Positions 14,450 to 29,102 of a stretch of 52,850 nt of DNA are shown one piece after another (within the stretch, counting starts at the first letter, position 1; each line of letters begins with the position of its first letter). Origin of the DNA: a virus (Duplodnaviria; Heunggongvirae; Uroviricota; Caudoviricetes); the IMG/VR virus record IMGVR_UViG_2713896799_000020, one strand, 5' to 3'. Under the pieces are notes generated by a model. The model saw nothing but the letters and a program-made list of their open reading frames with translations. It made no database searches and had not been told where the DNA came from. Made by a program: the position numbers and the translations under genes.

Positions 14450-14778
14450 CAGTTCACCACCTGTTCAAACTCTGCGCTGAACTCAACACGCAGCATACTG
14501 ACCCGCGACGACCATTTTGCGCAGGTCACCTTTATCTGCCGCCACTCATAAGGCGGCGTCCACAGAAAGGATTTCCAGCCCCCGTGCTCTTCCAGAAACG
14601 ACTCCAGTACCGTGGCCTCCTCACTGGGGACAGAAAGCGTCACGCTGTACGTTTTCAGGTTGGCATTCAGCCCGGCAGGCGCTCGCTGAGAATAGCCATC
14701 ACCAAAGCGCACCTTTCTTACAGAAGGGATCGAAGCCACATCCATACCGGGTTTCACTTTCCAGCGGAAGGTCTTCAT
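14449..14778 (-). CDS. M: minor tail protein M
   Basis: 109-aa ORF, lambda gpM length and position. Confidence 0.9.
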   Translation of the reverse strand: MKTFRWKVKPGMDVASIPSVRKVRFGDGYSQRAPAGLNANLKTYSVTLSVPSEEATVLESFLEEHGGWKSFLWTPPYEWRQIKVTCAKWSSRVSMLRVEFSAEFEQVVN

Positions 14779-17336
14779 CGTCCACCTCCGGAGAACAGGC
14801 CACCATCACGCATCTGTGTCTGAATTTCATCACGGGCACCCTTGCGGGCCATGTCATACACCGCCTTCAGAGCAGCCGGACCTATCTGCCCGTTCGTGCC
14901 GTCGTTGTTAATCACCACATGGTTATTCTGCTCAAACGTCCCGGACGCCTGCGACCGGCTGTCTGCCATGCTGCCCGGTGTACCGACATAACCGCCGGTG
15001 GCATAGCCGCGCATCAGCCGGTAAAGATTCCCCACGCCAATCCGGCTGGTTGCCTCCTTCGTGAAGACAAACTCACCACGGTGAACAATCCCCGCTGGCT
15101 CATATTTGCCGCCGGTTCCCGTAAATCCTCCGGTTGCAAAATGGAATTTCGCCGCAGCGGCCTGAATGGCTGTACCGCCTGACGCGGATGCGCCGCCACC
15201 AACAGCCCCGCCAATGGCGCTGCCGATACTCCCGACAATCCCCACCATTGCCTGCTTAAGCAGAATTTCTGTCATCATGGACAGCACGGAACGGGTGAAG
15301 CTGCGCCAGTTCTGCTCACTGCCGGTCAGCATCGCCGCCATATTCTGTGCAATACCATCAAAGGTCTGCGTGGCTGCACTTTTTACCTGCGACATACTGT
15401 CCGTGGCGCTCTCTTCCCACTCACTCCAGCCGGACTTCAGGCCTGCCATCCAGTTCCCGCGAAGCTGGTCTTCAGCCGCCCAGGTCTTTTTCTGCTCTGA
15501 CATGACGTTATTCAGCGCCAGCGGATTATCGCCATACTGTTCCTTCAGGCGCTGTTCCGTGGCTTCCCGTTCTGCCTGCCGGTCAGTCAGCCCCCGGCTT
15601 TTCGCATCAATGGCGGCCCGTTTTGCCCGTTGCTGCTGTGCGAATTTATCCGCCTGCTGCGCCAGCGCGTTCAGGCGCTCCTGATACGTAACCTTGTCGC
15701 CAAGTGCAGCCAGCTGGCGTTTGTACTCCAGCGTCTCATCTTTATGCGCCAGCAGGGATTTCTCCTGTGCAGACAGCTGGCGACGTTGCGCCGCCTCCTC
15801 CAGTACCGCGAACTGACTCTCCGCCTTCCACAAATCCCGGCGCTGCTGGCTGATTTTCTCATTTGCTCCGGCATGCTTCTCCAGCGTCCGGAGTTCTGCC
15901 TGAAGCGTCAGCAGGGCAGCATGAGCACTGTCTTCCTGACGATCGCCCGCAGACACCTTCACGCCGGACTGTTTCGGCTTTTTCAGCGTCGCTTCATAAT
16001 CCTTTTTCGCCGCCGCCATCAGCGTGTTGTAATCCGCCTGCAGGATTTTCCCGTCTTTCAGTGCCTTGTTCAGTTCTTCCTGACGGGCGGTATATTTCTC
16101 CAGCGGCGTCTGCAGCCGTTCGTAAGCCTTCTGCGCCTCTTCGGTATATTTCAGCCGTGACGCTTCGGTATCGCTCTGCTGCTGCGCATTTTTGTCCTGT
16201 TGAGTCTGCTGCTCAGCCTTCTTTCGGGCGGCTTCAAGCGCAAGACGGGCCTTTTCACGATCATCCCAGTAACGCGCCCGCGCTTCATCGTTAACAAAAT
16301 AATCATCCTTGCGCAGATTCCAGATGTCGTCTGCTTTCTTAAACGCAGCCTCTGCCTTAATCAGCATCTCCTGCGCGGTATCAGGACGACCAATATCCAG
16401 CACCGCATCCCACATGGATTTGAATGCCCGTGCTGTCCTGTCTGCCCAGGTCTCCAGCGTGCCCATGTTCTCTTTCAGGCGGCGGGTCTGGTCATCAAAC
16501 CCTTTCGTTGCGGCCTCGTTCGCCGCCTGCAATGCCCCGGCTTCATCGCCGGAACGCTGCAACTGAGCAACATACGCAATCTGCTCCGCCGTCACGTTAT
16601 GGAACTGGCGTGCCATCGCCGTCAGCCCCGACGTCGGGTCTGTGGTCAGCTTCCCGAAGGCTTCAGCGACCTTGTCCACCTCCACGCCGGATGCAGAGGA
16701 GAAACGCGCCACACTCTGGCTGATGGACGCAATCTGAGCCTCACCGCTTACCCCCGCCTTAACCAGTGCGCTGAGTGACTCGCTGGTCTGGTTAAACGTC
16801 AGCCCTGCCGCCTGCCCGGCTCTGGACAGGGCCAGAATACGATCTGCCGTCAGTCCCGCCTGATTGCCGGAAAGGACCAGCGTTTTGTTGAAATCGGACA
16901 GGGTTGAGTTGCCCTGATACCAGGCATACGCCAGCGCACCGGTCGCCACCGCCAGCGAGGTGGCCCCCACCATCGGCAGGGTGATCGCACCGGCAAGCCC
17001 CCTGAACATGGGGATCATCCCGCCGAAGGAGTCCTTAACCTGACCACCCTGTTGCAGCAGGATCAGCCACGGACTTTGCCCGCCTGCAAGCTGCGTGGCC
17101 ACGTCGGTGAACTGTGCAGGCAGCATACGCATGGCGGCTTTATACTGCCCGACGGAAATCCCCGCTTTCTGTGCAGCCAGCGCCTGTCGGCTCAGCGACT
17201 GTTCAACGACTGCCGCTGTTTTTTTCGCATCAGTTTCCGTACCGGAAAAATGACGCCTGACTCTGGCCATCTGCTCGTCAAATCTGGCCGCATCCAGACT
17301 TAAATCAACGACCAGATCGCCTACCGGTTCAGCCAT
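14775..17336 (-). CDS. H: tail tape measure protein H
   Basis: 853-aa ORF, lambda gpH length; coiled-coil-rich centre, Gly-rich C-terminus. Confidence 0.95.
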   Translation of the reverse strand: MAEPVGDLVVDLSLDAARFDEQMARVRRHFSGTETDAKKTAAVVEQSLSRQALAAQKAGISVGQYKAAMRMLPAQFTDVATQLAGGQSPWLILLQQGGQVKDSFGGMIPMFRGLAGAITLPMVGATSLAVATGALAYAWYQGNSTLSDFNKTLVLSGNQAGLTADRILALSRAGQAAGLTFNQTSESLSALVKAGVSGEAQIASISQSVARFSSASGVEVDKVAEAFGKLTTDPTSGLTAMARQFHNVTAEQIAYVAQLQRSGDEAGALQAANEAATKGFDDQTRRLKENMGTLETWADRTARAFKSMWDAVLDIGRPDTAQEMLIKAEAAFKKADDIWNLRKDDYFVNDEARARYWDDREKARLALEAARKKAEQQTQQDKNAQQQSDTEASRLKYTEEAQKAYERLQTPLEKYTARQEELNKALKDGKILQADYNTLMAAAKKDYEATLKKPKQSGVKVSAGDRQEDSAHAALLTLQAELRTLEKHAGANEKISQQRRDLWKAESQFAVLEEAAQRRQLSAQEKSLLAHKDETLEYKRQLAALGDKVTYQERLNALAQQADKFAQQQRAKRAAIDAKSRGLTDRQAEREATEQRLKEQYGDNPLALNNVMSEQKKTWAAEDQLRGNWMAGLKSGWSEWEESATDSMSQVKSAATQTFDGIAQNMAAMLTGSEQNWRSFTRSVLSMMTEILLKQAMVGIVGSIGSAIGGAVGGGASASGGTAIQAAAAKFHFATGGFTGTGGKYEPAGIVHRGEFVFTKEATSRIGVGNLYRLMRGYATGGYVGTPGSMADSRSQASGTFEQNNHVVINNDGTNGQIGPAALKAVYDMARKGARDEIQTQMRDGGLFSGGGR

Positions 17337-18167
17337 ACCGGACTCCTCCTGCGATCCCTTCTGATACTGTCATCAGCATTACGTCATCCTCCGTCATGTC
17401 CGCCACATCCGGGGAAGCGGGGATAACTTCATTCCCGTCCGGGCCAAAACGAACGCCTCCGGCAAGCCCTGCCGCTTTCTGCATCAGCACATCATCTTCA
17501 GGCTCTTCGTCAGCCTCGCGCCGGTTCAGCAGACTGAAATCCAGCGGATGCATATCCGGATCGCTGAAAAACAGGCTGAGCACGGTGTACGTCAGCCCGG
17601 AAAAGTGCATATCCAGCAGAACATCATGAAAATAATGGGTACTGTAAAAGCGGTGCCAGTCGGCATACTCCGTGGATGACATCCCGGCAAGCATGGCACG
17701 CCAGTCGGGTCGCCCCATCTCGCGCGCCAGTTTCAGGGCAAAACTCAGCTCACCGTCGAACACTTTCCCGCAGAAACAGGCTCTGCAGGCCCGGCGTCCT
17801 CTGCCTGTTCAGGGGCATCATTCACCACAAACTCATACATACCAGACAGCCGGTACACCACGTTTTCAGCATGAGAAATTGCCTCCGTGGGCCAGGTGGT
17901 AAGCACTTCCTGCTCAATCTGTTTAACGGCTTCATTCATGGACGGCATCTGCGTCTTCTGCGGATGGTTATGCCACAGGGACATCGCCACCAGAAACGCG
18001 CCGGTTCTGATGGCGTCTTCCACAGTAAACTTCCGGTTGCTGTCTGACTCCGCCTGTTCTGCCTGCCGTTTCATCAGGGCGAGATGCTCAATGCGCTGCA
18101 GGGCTGACAGTTCAGAAAGCGTGACGGTCACACCGTTATGTTCAAATGATTCGGTTTTCAGGAACAT
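17329..18167 (-). CDS. T: tail assembly chaperone G-T fusion produced by programmed -1 frameshift
   Basis: T-frame ORF 17329..17763 overlaps the end of G; slippery heptamer GGGAAAG lies in the G zero frame. Confidence 0.8.
17745..18167 (-). CDS. G: tail assembly chaperone G
   Basis: 140-aa ORF, lambda gpG length, ends ...SAGKCSTVS. Confidence 0.9.
   Translation of the reverse strand: MFLKTESFEHNGVTVTLSELSALQRIEHLALMKRQAEQAESDSNRKFTVEDAIRTGAFLVAMSLWHNHPQKTQMPSMNEAVKQIEQEVLTTWPTEAISHAENVVYRLSGMYEFVVNDAPEQAEDAGPAEPVSAGKCSTVS
17763..17769 (-). other. programmed -1 ribosomal frameshift slippery site GGGAAAG (G to G-T)
   Basis: heptamer positioned as G_GGA_AAG in the G frame, 5 codons before the G stop. 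Confidence 0.8.
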
Positions 18168-18182
18168 CGCTGACTCTCCGGA

Positions 18183-18923
18183 TTAACTGGCGGTGACGGT
18201 AATTTCTGCAACCGCAGCAAACTCACCATTATCGGATACAACCGGAATGTTGACCTTGCCTGCAGCAACGCCGTTCACGGTGATGGTCATACCACTGACC
18301 GACACGGTGGCTTTTGTTTTATCCGCAGACACCGCACGAAAGCTCTTGTCGGTTACGCCCTCCGGCTGGAAGGCCACGGTCAGCGTGGTGCTCTGCCCTT
18401 TCACCACCGAGGTGCTGGCAGGCGTCACGGTCATGCCGGTTGCCGCTGTTACCGTGCTGCGATCTTCTGCCATCGACGGACGTCCCACATTGGTGACTTT
18501 CACCGTGCGGGTGATCACTTCCTTCGCCGTCACCGCCTTACCGATACTGCTGACCCAGCCACGGAACACATCGACCGTGCCGTTCGGGAAGCGGATTTTA
18601 TAGGCACGGGTATCGCCTTCATTAAACCACGCCAGCAGCGCCTGCTGCCCCTGCTCTCCGGGCATCCACGCCAGCGTGAAGCTGGTATCTCCGGCAGATT
18701 TCTGCCCCTGCCCGGTCGCAGTCCAGTCTGCATCTTCATCATCGAGATAGCTGTCGTCATAGGACTCAGCGGTCAGTTCGCCGGGCGTCAGGTCTTTAAC
18801 TTTTGCCAGACGCGACCAGTCAACGTCTGAAAGCGGATTCGCATAAGGGTCACCGCTCCCCTTATAAACCCACAGGGTGGTCCCGGCACCTTTCACCGGC
18901 ATTGTAGGATTTGGTACAGGCAT
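18183..18923 (-). CDS. V: major tail tube protein V
   Basis: track ORF 18183..18953; start [14 protein letters not shown] gives the 246-aa lambda gpV. Confidence 0.9.
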   Translation of the reverse strand: MPVPNPTMPVKGAGTTLWVYKGSGDPYANPLSDVDWSRLAKVKDLTPGELTAESYDDSYLDDEDADWTATGQGQKSAGDTSFTLAWMPGEQGQQALLAWFNEGDTRAYKIRFPNGTVDVFRGWVSSIGKAVTAKEVITRTVKVTNVGRPSMAEDRSTVTAATGMTVTPASTSVVKGQSTTLTVAFQPEGVTDKSFRAVSADKTKATVSVSGMTITVNGVAAGKVNIPVVSDNGEFAAVAEITVTAS

Positions 18924-18930
18924 AGCGTCC

Positions 18931-19326
18931 TCACATTTCATAGGTAATGACATAAGTCAGATCGGCTGAACTCCACAGGCCCGCATCATCGTCGCGCCGG
19001 TAGTCATAGCCGCTGGCCACCATACTGGTGATCAAATCTGACAGTGCCGGGATATCGCTCATCACCGGATAAATCCGGGACTCCATCCACGCATCCAGCT
19101 CTGAATCCGGCACCTGAGCAGGCAGGAAAACTTCGATATGCAGCTCCGCCTGCCAGGTATCGCTGCCCAGCTCTTCGCCCGTGTATTCAGCGCCGGTGAG
19201 ATAAACGGCAACTGCCGGAAAATCCGCCTCATCAAAAACAGCGGGGCGACCATCAAAAAACGTCGCCCCGGTGTCATGCTTCTCCAGTGCATCCAGTACG
19301 GCTGCACGGAGTTCAGTATGTTTCAT
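18931..19326 (-). CDS. U: tail terminator protein U
   Basis: 131-aa ORF, lambda gpU. Confidence 0.9.
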   Translation of the reverse strand: MKHTELRAAVLDALEKHDTGATFFDGRPAVFDEADFPAVAVYLTGAEYTGEELGSDTWQAELHIEVFLPAQVPDSELDAWMESRIYPVMSDIPALSDLITSMVASGYDYRRDDDAGLWSSADLTYVITYEM

Positions 19327-19901
19327 CGCTTTATTACCATCCTCAGTTGATGCTGCAGCGCATAGCCCAGCTCTTTCGGAAGACGTTCACGCCGTATCCG
19401 CTCAATATTTTGTTTAAACGCCGTGGTCAGCGGCACCGCCATCGGGATTTTCACCACATCAATGGGGTAACGGTTTTTCCCGGCCACACGCTGCATGACA
19501 TGCCACCGGCCATTTTTCAGTTGCTGAATAAACGCGCCGGGAATACGACGGTTACCCACCACAAGCACGCTGCCGCCACCTTTCAGGGATGAACGCTGCC
19601 CCTTTTTACGACGCCTGCGGCGCGAAAGGACAACCCGCGCATTACCCAGCTTGATTACGGGCAAATCCCCCCGGTTAACTTTGATTCTGGCCTGCGGATT
19701 TTTGACCGTGGCCCTTTTCAGCCTGGCCCTTTCCTTTACCAGTTTCCGGCGTACCTTTGTCTCACGGGCAACTTGTGACGCCGACTGCGATATCGCGGAT
19801 GAAGCAACGCGGTTAATGGCCATTGCGGCGGCACCAGGCACCGCCGTTTTGCTGATACGGCTGAGGTTTTCAACGGCCTGCTCAAGACCTTTTATGGCCA
19901 T
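19323..19901 (-). CDS. Z: tail completion protein Z
   Basis: 192-aa ORF, lambda gpZ. Confidence 0.9.
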   Translation of the reverse strand: MAIKGLEQAVENLSRISKTAVPGAAAMAINRVASSAISQSASQVARETKVRRKLVKERARLKRATVKNPQARIKVNRGDLPVIKLGNARVVLSRRRRRKKGQRSSLKGGGSVLVVGNRRIPGAFIQQLKNGRWHVMQRVAGKNRYPIDVVKIPMAVPLTTAFKQNIERIRRERLPKELGYALQHQLRMVIKR

Positions 19902-19912
19902 ACATCCCCCTT

Positions 19913-20266
19913 TCAGCGGCGACGGTTAACGGCAGGCGGTACGCCCCGTCCAAGCCAGAGATGACAACTTCCGCCATCATCCGGCGAAACCCGATCTACC
20001 CAGAAATTTTCCTCACCGATGGTCAGCGTGTCTCCACGCCGCAGCTGCCGCACCTCATCAGTCCGGACAAACAGGGACGGGCTGGAGCCTTCAACGCGCA
20101 CGCCCTGTCCGGCATAGCTGATATTTTCAGGGTCATCAAAAACACCACGTATCACCGCACCTGACTGCTCACCGGATGTCATGGTGGCTGACGTTCCCAT
20201 GTACCCGCGTATCGTTTCATCGGCGCGGGCAATGGCAGCATCGAACAGGTTATCGAAATCAGCCAC
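19913..20266 (-). CDS. FII: head-tail joining protein FII
   Basis: 117-aa ORF, lambda gpFII. Confidence 0.9.
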   Translation of the reverse strand: MADFDNLFDAAIARADETIRGYMGTSATMTSGEQSGAVIRGVFDDPENISYAGQGVRVEGSSPSLFVRTDEVRQLRRGDTLTIGEENFWVDRVSPDDGGSCHLWLGRGVPPAVNRRR

Positions 20267-20277
20267 AGCGCCTCCCG

Positions 20278-20676
20278 TTATTGCATTCTGGCCAGGCCGC
20301 GCTCTGTCATTTCGGCTGCCACACCGGCAGAGACACGAAACGCCGTTCCCGGCAGCACAAATGCCACAGGTTCATCCCGCGTGGCGTGAAGTGCATCAGT
20401 ATGCAGCTTCACCAGTGCCACGACCGTGACCAGTTCAGACGTATCCAGAATCACGGTATCCGGCTGCGCTGATCCCACCTCATTTTCATGTCCGGTCAGC
20501 ACATTTTCCCGGCTGAGAGGGGTGTCCTGACCGGCAGTTTCATCCGTGTCATCAAGCTCCTCTTCCAGCTCTGCCACACGGAGCGCCAGTTCTTCTTTCG
20601 TCCCCGTCAGGCTGACATCACGGTTCAGTTGTTCACCCAGCGAGCGGAGACGGGCAATCAGTTCATCTTTCGTCAT
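20278..20676 (-). CDS. FI: DNA packaging protein FI
   Basis: start MTKDELIARLRSLGEQ within track ORF 20278..20715 gives 132 aa. Confidence 0.85.
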   Translation of the reverse strand: MTKDELIARLRSLGEQLNRDVSLTGTKEELALRVAELEEELDDTDETAGQDTPLSRENVLTGHENEVGSAQPDTVILDTSELVTVVALVKLHTDALHATRDEPVAFVLPGTAFRVSAGVAAEMTERGLARMQ

Positions 20677-20717
20677 GGACTCCTCCACAGAGAAACAATG
20701 GCCCCGAAGGGCCATGA

Positions 20718-21743
20718 TTACGCCAGTTGTACGGACACGAACGCATCAGGGTCAGCCAGCAGCATCAGCGGTGCTGACTGAATCATGGTGAACTCACGCG
20801 CCGGATCGCCGGTGGTCACCCAGTTTTTCGGGTAACGGGCAGAGGCGTTAATGCCTTCGCGCTGTGCGTCCGCATCCTGAATGCAGCCATAGGTGCGCAG
20901 ACCGCGTGCCTGAGTGTTCCCCAGCACCATCGTGTTGTCCGGCAGGAAGTTCTTTTTGACGCCGTTTTCCACGTACTGTCCGGAATACACGACGATGGCC
21001 ACATCGCCATACATCCCCTTATAGGACACCGCTTTGCCCAGGTCTTTCACCGCTGTCTCCAGCTCGGAATTAGAGCCACGACGGGTATCCAGCTTCTCCT
21101 TGACGGCTTTGAAGGAACGGAACAGCGCCCAGCCTTTCGGATCGAACACGATGATATTCACCACACCGCTGGCGTTCAGCGCGTAGGCTTCGATATCGTC
21201 GGTCGGGTCATACGTGGACTTGTCACGCTTGCTCCACTCCGTGCCGCCGGACTGCGTGATGTTATTCTCCTCACTGCGGCCCATATCCACCTCAACCGGA
21301 TCGAAGGCTTCACCGGTCATGGTGTATTTGCCCTTAAGCACGGCAGAAACTGCCTGCATCTCTTCGACCTGAGCAATGGCCAGCTCTTCGTCACGCATGT
21401 TCTGCATGATGATGCGACGGCGGCGGTAAGCCGGGTCCGCCAGATTCTGCGGATCTTCATCCGGCAGGCGACGCAGGGTCATCTGCGGATTCACTTCATG
21501 CTTCGGCTTGACATATCCCGGCGTAAATTCAGAGGTGGAGCCGCCACGGGAACGGATAACCTCACCGGAAACAATCGGCGAAACGTACAGCGCCATGTTT
21601 ACCAGTCCCGGAATTTGTGAGAGATAGACTTTCTCCGTGGTGAAGGGATAGCTCTCACGGAAAAAGAGACACAGAAACAGCGGATCAAACTTAAATTTCT
21701 GCTCATTTGCCGCCAGCAGTTGGGCGGTTGTGTACATCGACAT
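20718..21743 (-). CDS. E: major capsid protein E
   Basis: start MSMYTTAQLLAANEQKF within track ORF 20718..21770 gives 341 aa. Confidence 0.95.
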   Translation of the reverse strand: MSMYTTAQLLAANEQKFKFDPLFLCLFFRESYPFTTEKVYLSQIPGLVNMALYVSPIVSGEVIRSRGGSTSEFTPGYVKPKHEVNPQMTLRRLPDEDPQNLADPAYRRRRIIMQNMRDEELAIAQVEEMQAVSAVLKGKYTMTGEAFDPVEVDMGRSEENNITQSGGTEWSKRDKSTYDPTDDIEAYALNASGVVNIIVFDPKGWALFRSFKAVKEKLDTRRGSNSELETAVKDLGKAVSYKGMYGDVAIVVYSGQYVENGVKKNFLPDNTMVLGNTQARGLRTYGCIQDADAQREGINASARYPKNWVTTGDPAREFTMIQSAPLMLLADPDAFVSVQLA

Positions 21744-21798
21744 AAAAAAATCCCGTAAAAAAAGCCGCACAGGCGGCCTTTAGTGATGAAGGGTAAAG

Positions 21799-22131
21799 TT
21801 AAACGATGCTGATTGCCGTTCCGGCAAACGCGGTCCGTTTTTTCGTCTCGTCGCTGGCAGCCTCCGGCCAGAGCACATCCTCATAACGGAACGTGCCGGA
21901 CTTGTAGAACGTCAGCGTGGTGCTGGTCTGGTCAGCAGCAACCGCAAGAATGCCAACGGCAGCACCGTCGGTGGTGCCATCCCACGCAACCAGCTTACGG
22001 CTGGAGGTGTCCAGCATCAGCGGGGTCATTGCAGGCGCTTTCGCACTCAATCCGCCGGGCGCGGTTGCGGTATAAGCCGGGTCACTGTTGCCCAGCGGCT
22101 GGTAATGGGTAAAGGTTTCTTTGCTCGTCAT
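21799..22131 (-). CDS. D: head decoration protein D
   Basis: start [12 protein letters not shown] within track ORF gives 110 aa. Confidence 0.9.
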   Translation of the reverse strand: MTSKETFTHYQPLGNSDPAYTATAPGGLSAKAPAMTPLMLDTSSRKLVAWDGTTDGAAVGILAVAADQTSTTLTFYKSGTFRYEDVLWPEAASDETKKRTAFAGTAISIV

Positions 22132-22140
22132 AAACATCCC

Positions 22141-22746
22141 TTACACTGGTGTGTTCAGCAAATCGTTAACGGCATCAGATGCCGGGTTACCTGCAGCCAG
22201 CGGTGCCGGTGCCCCCTGCATCAGACGATCCAGCGCAGTGTCACTGCGCGCCTGTGCACTCTGTGGTGCTGCGGCCAGAATGCGGCGGGCCGTTTCCACG
22301 GTCATACCGGGGGTTTCTGCCAGCACGCGTGCCTGTTCTTCGCGTCCGTGAGCCTCCTCACAGTTGAGGATCCCCATAATGCGGCTGTTTTCTGCCGCAA
22401 CCGCTGCGGTGATCTGCGCGTTCACGTCCGGCTGCGCCGCGCTGGCGTTTTCGCCCTCCGTCGCTGGCACCACGTCAGTAACGTCAGCCTGCGAAGCAGT
22501 GGCTGAAACAGTTGTTGATTGAGTCTCTTTGGTCATTCGCCCTCCTGAGAGACGGGATTTACGTGCATCCAGTGCATCACGCATGACGGTGATCGCATCG
22601 GTGCTGTTAACAAGTTCATCAGCCAGTCCGGCATCAATGGCCTCCTGACCGCTGTACACTGCAGCCTCGGTATCCAGCACAGCCTGCACGGACAGGCCGG
22701 TATATGCCGACACCTTCTGCGCAAACATCTGGCGGGTTGCGTCCAT
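22141..22746 (-). CDS. nu3: capsid scaffolding protein Nu3, nested in-frame in the 3' end of C
   Basis: internal start MDATRQMFAQKVSAYTG gives 201 aa sharing the C stop, as in lambda. Confidence 0.7.
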   Translation of the reverse strand: MDATRQMFAQKVSAYTGLSVQAVLDTEAAVYSGQEAIDAGLADELVNSTDAITVMRDALDARKSRLSGGRMTKETQSTTVSATASQADVTDVVPATEGENASAAQPDVNAQITAAVAAENSRIMGILNCEEAHGREEQARVLAETPGMTVETARRILAAAPQSAQARSDTALDRLMQGAPAPLAAGNPASDAVNDLLNTPV

Positions 22747-23440
22747 CCGGGACTGCAGTGTCTCCCGGACGTCATCCGGAAGATGGCTGTAGGGGTTGCC
22801 ATCCACCTTATGGCTGCCGCTGTAAATCAGAGTGATTTCCACACCCTGTTTCTCCAGCGCAGCACCGTAATTACTGTGAGCCATCATGACGCCGATGGAG
22901 CCTGTCCGGGCGGTCTGCGTGACCAGACGCCGGGAGGCGGCACTGGCAAGCAGCTGACCTGCACTGCAGTTCATGTCGTTGGCCAGCGCCCATACCGGTT
23001 TTATGTCACGCACACGGGCGATGATGTCAGCGCAGTCAAATGCCCCCGCCACCATCCCGCCGGGCGTGTCCATATCGAGCAGAATGCCGTCCACCATCGG
23101 ATCGCTGGCAGCCTGTTGCAGACGGGCGATAATGCCGTTGTAACCGGTCATCCCCGAATACGGCTGCAGCGCCCGCGTCCGGCTGACCAGCGTGCCGGAC
23201 ACCGGCAGCACGGCGATGCCGTTCATGACCTGATAACTGCGGGCCTGTCGTGGTCCGTCATCATCAACGGATAACGCCAGCGCCGCGGGTGCCTCTCCGG
23301 CAGTCAGGCTGTCGCCGGACACCGCATCCGTCAGGCGGCTGATCCCAAGCTGGCCTGCAAGCGCACAAAAGAAAACCCGCGCATAGGCGGGTTCAAGCAT
23401 CAGCGGCTCATTAAAAGCCATGCTGGCAATATGCGGGAGA

Positions 23441-23460
<20 letters not shown>
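22141..23460 (-). CDS. C: capsid assembly protease C (S49 family)
   Basis: GTG start 20 nt inside the end of B gives the 439-aa lambda gpC; track ORF uses an upstream ATG. Confidence 0.9.
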
Positions 23461-27141
<3,681 letters not shown>

Positions 27142-27167
<26 letters not shown>

Positions 27168-27687
27168 TCAGCAACCCCGGTATCAGTTCATCCAGCGCGG
27201 CTGCTTTGTTCATGGCTTTGATGATATCCCGTTTCAGGAAATCAACATGTCGGTTTTCCAGTTCCGGAAAACGCCGCTGCACCGACAGGGGGATCCCGTC
27301 GAGAATACTGGCAATTTCACCTGCGATCCGCGACAGCACGAAAGTACAGAATGCGGTTTCCACCACTTCAGCGGAGTCTCTGGCATTTTTCAGCTCCTGT
27401 GCGTCGGCCTGCGCACGCGTAAGTCGATGGCGTTCGTACTCAATAGTCCCTGGCTGGAGATCTGTCTCGCTGGCCTGCCGCAGTTCTTCAACTTCCCGGC
27501 GCAGCTTTTCGTTCTCAATTTCAGCATCCCTTTCGGCATACCATCTTATAACGGCGGCAGAGTCATAAAGCACCTCATTACCCTTGCCACCGCCTCGCAG
27601 AACGGGCATTCCCTGTTCCTGCCAGTTCTGAATGGTACGGATACTCGCACCGAAAATGTCAGCCAGCTGCTTTTTGTTGACTTCCAT
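27142..27687 (-). CDS. nu1: terminase small subunit Nu1
   Basis: 181-aa ORF MEVNKKQLADIFGASIRTIQNWQEQGMPV matches lambda Nu1; overlaps the start of A. Confidence 0.95.
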
Positions 27688-27864
27688 TGTTCATTCCACG
27701 GCCAAAAACAGAGAAAGGAAACGACAGAGGCCCAAAAGCTCGTTTTCAGCACCTGTCGTTTCCTTTCTTTTCAGGGGGTATTTTAAATAAAAACATTAAG
27801 TTACGACGAAGAAGAACGGAAATGCCTTAAACCGGAAAATTTTCATAAATAGCGAAAACCCGCG

Positions 27865-27876
27865 AGGTCGCCGCCC
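27865..27876. other. cosN cohesive-end site (12-nt lambda cos GGGCGGCGACCT on the minus strand); cosB lies between it and nu1
   Basis: exact 12-mer present ~190 nt upstream of the Nu1 start; flanking sequence matches lambda left and right ends as recalled. Confidence 0.8.
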
Positions 27877-28075
27877 CGTAACCTGTCGGATCACCGGAAA
27901 GGACCCGTAAAGTGATAATGATTATCATCTACATATCACAACGTGCGTGGAGGCCATCAAACCACGTCAAATAATCAATTATGACGCAGGTATCGTATTA
28001 ATTGATCTGCATCAACTTAACGTAAAAACAACTTCAGACAATACAAATCAGCGACACTGAATACGGGGCAACCTC

Positions 28076-28309
28076 ATGTCAACGAAGAACAGAACCCGCA
28101 GAACAACAACCCGCAACATCCGCTTTCCTAACCAAATGATTGAACAAATTAACATCGCTCTTGAGCAAAAAGGGTCCGGGAATTTCTCAGCCTGGGTCAT
28201 TGAAGCCTGCCGCCGGAGACTGTGCTCAGAAAAAAGAGTTTCTTCTGAAGCAAACAAAGAAAAGAGTGACATTACTGAATTGCTCAGAAAACAGGTCAGA
28301 CCAGATTGA
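28076..28309 (+). CDS. ynfO: small putative ribbon-helix-helix DNA-binding protein (77 aa), YnfO-like
   Basis: ORF with RNIRFPNQMIEQINIALEQKGSGNFSAWVIEACRRRL pattern (strand-helix-helix); position between cos and ydfO as in K-12 Qin. Confidence 0.55.
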   Translation: MSTKNRTRRTTTRNIRFPNQMIEQINIALEQKGSGNFSAWVIEACRRRLCSEKRVSSEANKEKSDITELLRKQVRPD

Positions 28310-28366
28310 AGCAATTTAGATAATCGTGCAGACTACGCCCCCTCATATCACATGGAAGGTTTATCT

Positions 28367-28777
28367 ATGGATCAGGTAGTCATTTTTAAACAAATATTTG
28401 ATAAAGTTCGAAACGATTTAAACTATCAATGGTTTTATTCTGAGCTAAAACGTCACAATGTCTCACATTACATTTACTATTTAGCCACAGAGAATGTTCA
28501 TATTGTATTAAAAAATGATAATACAGTGTTATTAAAGGGCCTAAAAAACATTGTGTCTGTCAAATTTTCAAAGGATAGGCATCTTATAGAAACGACCTCT
28601 AATATGCTGAAATCCAGAGAGATCACATTTCAGGAATACAGAAGAAACCTTGCTAAAGCAGGAGTTTTTCGGTGGGTTACAAATATCCACGAACAAAAAA
28701 GATATTACTATACCTTTGATAATTCATTACTATTTACTGAAAGCATCCAGAAAACTACACAGATCTTACCACGCTAA
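28367..28777 (+). CDS. ydfO: YdfO (DUF1398-family prophage protein, 136 aa)
   Basis: start [15 protein letters not shown] within track ORF 28352..28777; matches K-12 YdfO as recalled. Confidence 0.75.
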   Translation: MDQVVIFKQIFDKVRNDLNYQWFYSELKRHNVSHYIYYLATENVHIVLKNDNTVLLKGLKNIVSVKFSKDRHLIETTSNMLKSREITFQEYRRNLAKAGVFRWVTNIHEQKRYYYTFDNSLLFTESIQKTTQILPR

Positions 28778-28928
28778 ACCATAACGTCCGGCTTCTCTCA
28801 CTCCTGAGCCGGACTGCATTGGTTTAATAAAAACCATCAACAATTGTGATTTAGATATTCGGAACCATTCAAATATAACAAAACCCCGTAAAAACGAGGT
28901 TTATGGATAAATTTTATTATTGAATACA

Positions 28929-29102
28929 TCAGATTAAATTAATCTTGACATCATAGCTTTCAAGACCCGTCATTTTTTCCCGTGCGGTAAACTGAATACT
29001 GGTAACTTCTTTCCCGGTCTTTTTCTTAAGTTCAATAATTTTTTTTGTTATATATTCAGAAATATCTGCTTCTGCTTTTGTTTTTAAGTTTTCAATATTC
29101 AT
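28929..29102 (-). CDS. gnsB: GnsB (57 aa; multicopy suppressor of secG/fabA phenotypes)
   Basis: hand-translated MNIENLKTKAEADISEYITKKIIELKKKTGKEVTSIQFTAREKMTGLESYDVKINLI; below ORF-track cutoff. Confidence 0.75.
   Translation of the reverse strand: MNIENLKTKAEADISEYITKKIIELKKKTGKEVTSIQFTAREKMTGLESYDVKINLI

Noticed and set aside
13739-16778. Several 130-270-aa plus-strand ORFs overlapping L, M and H
   Set aside because: Antisense to conserved lambda tail genes; no start-site signals or motifs
27865-27876. cos site as a possible prophage boundary
   Set aside because: cos is internal to an integrated lambdoid prophage; the boundaries are the att sites near ydfJ and beyond int
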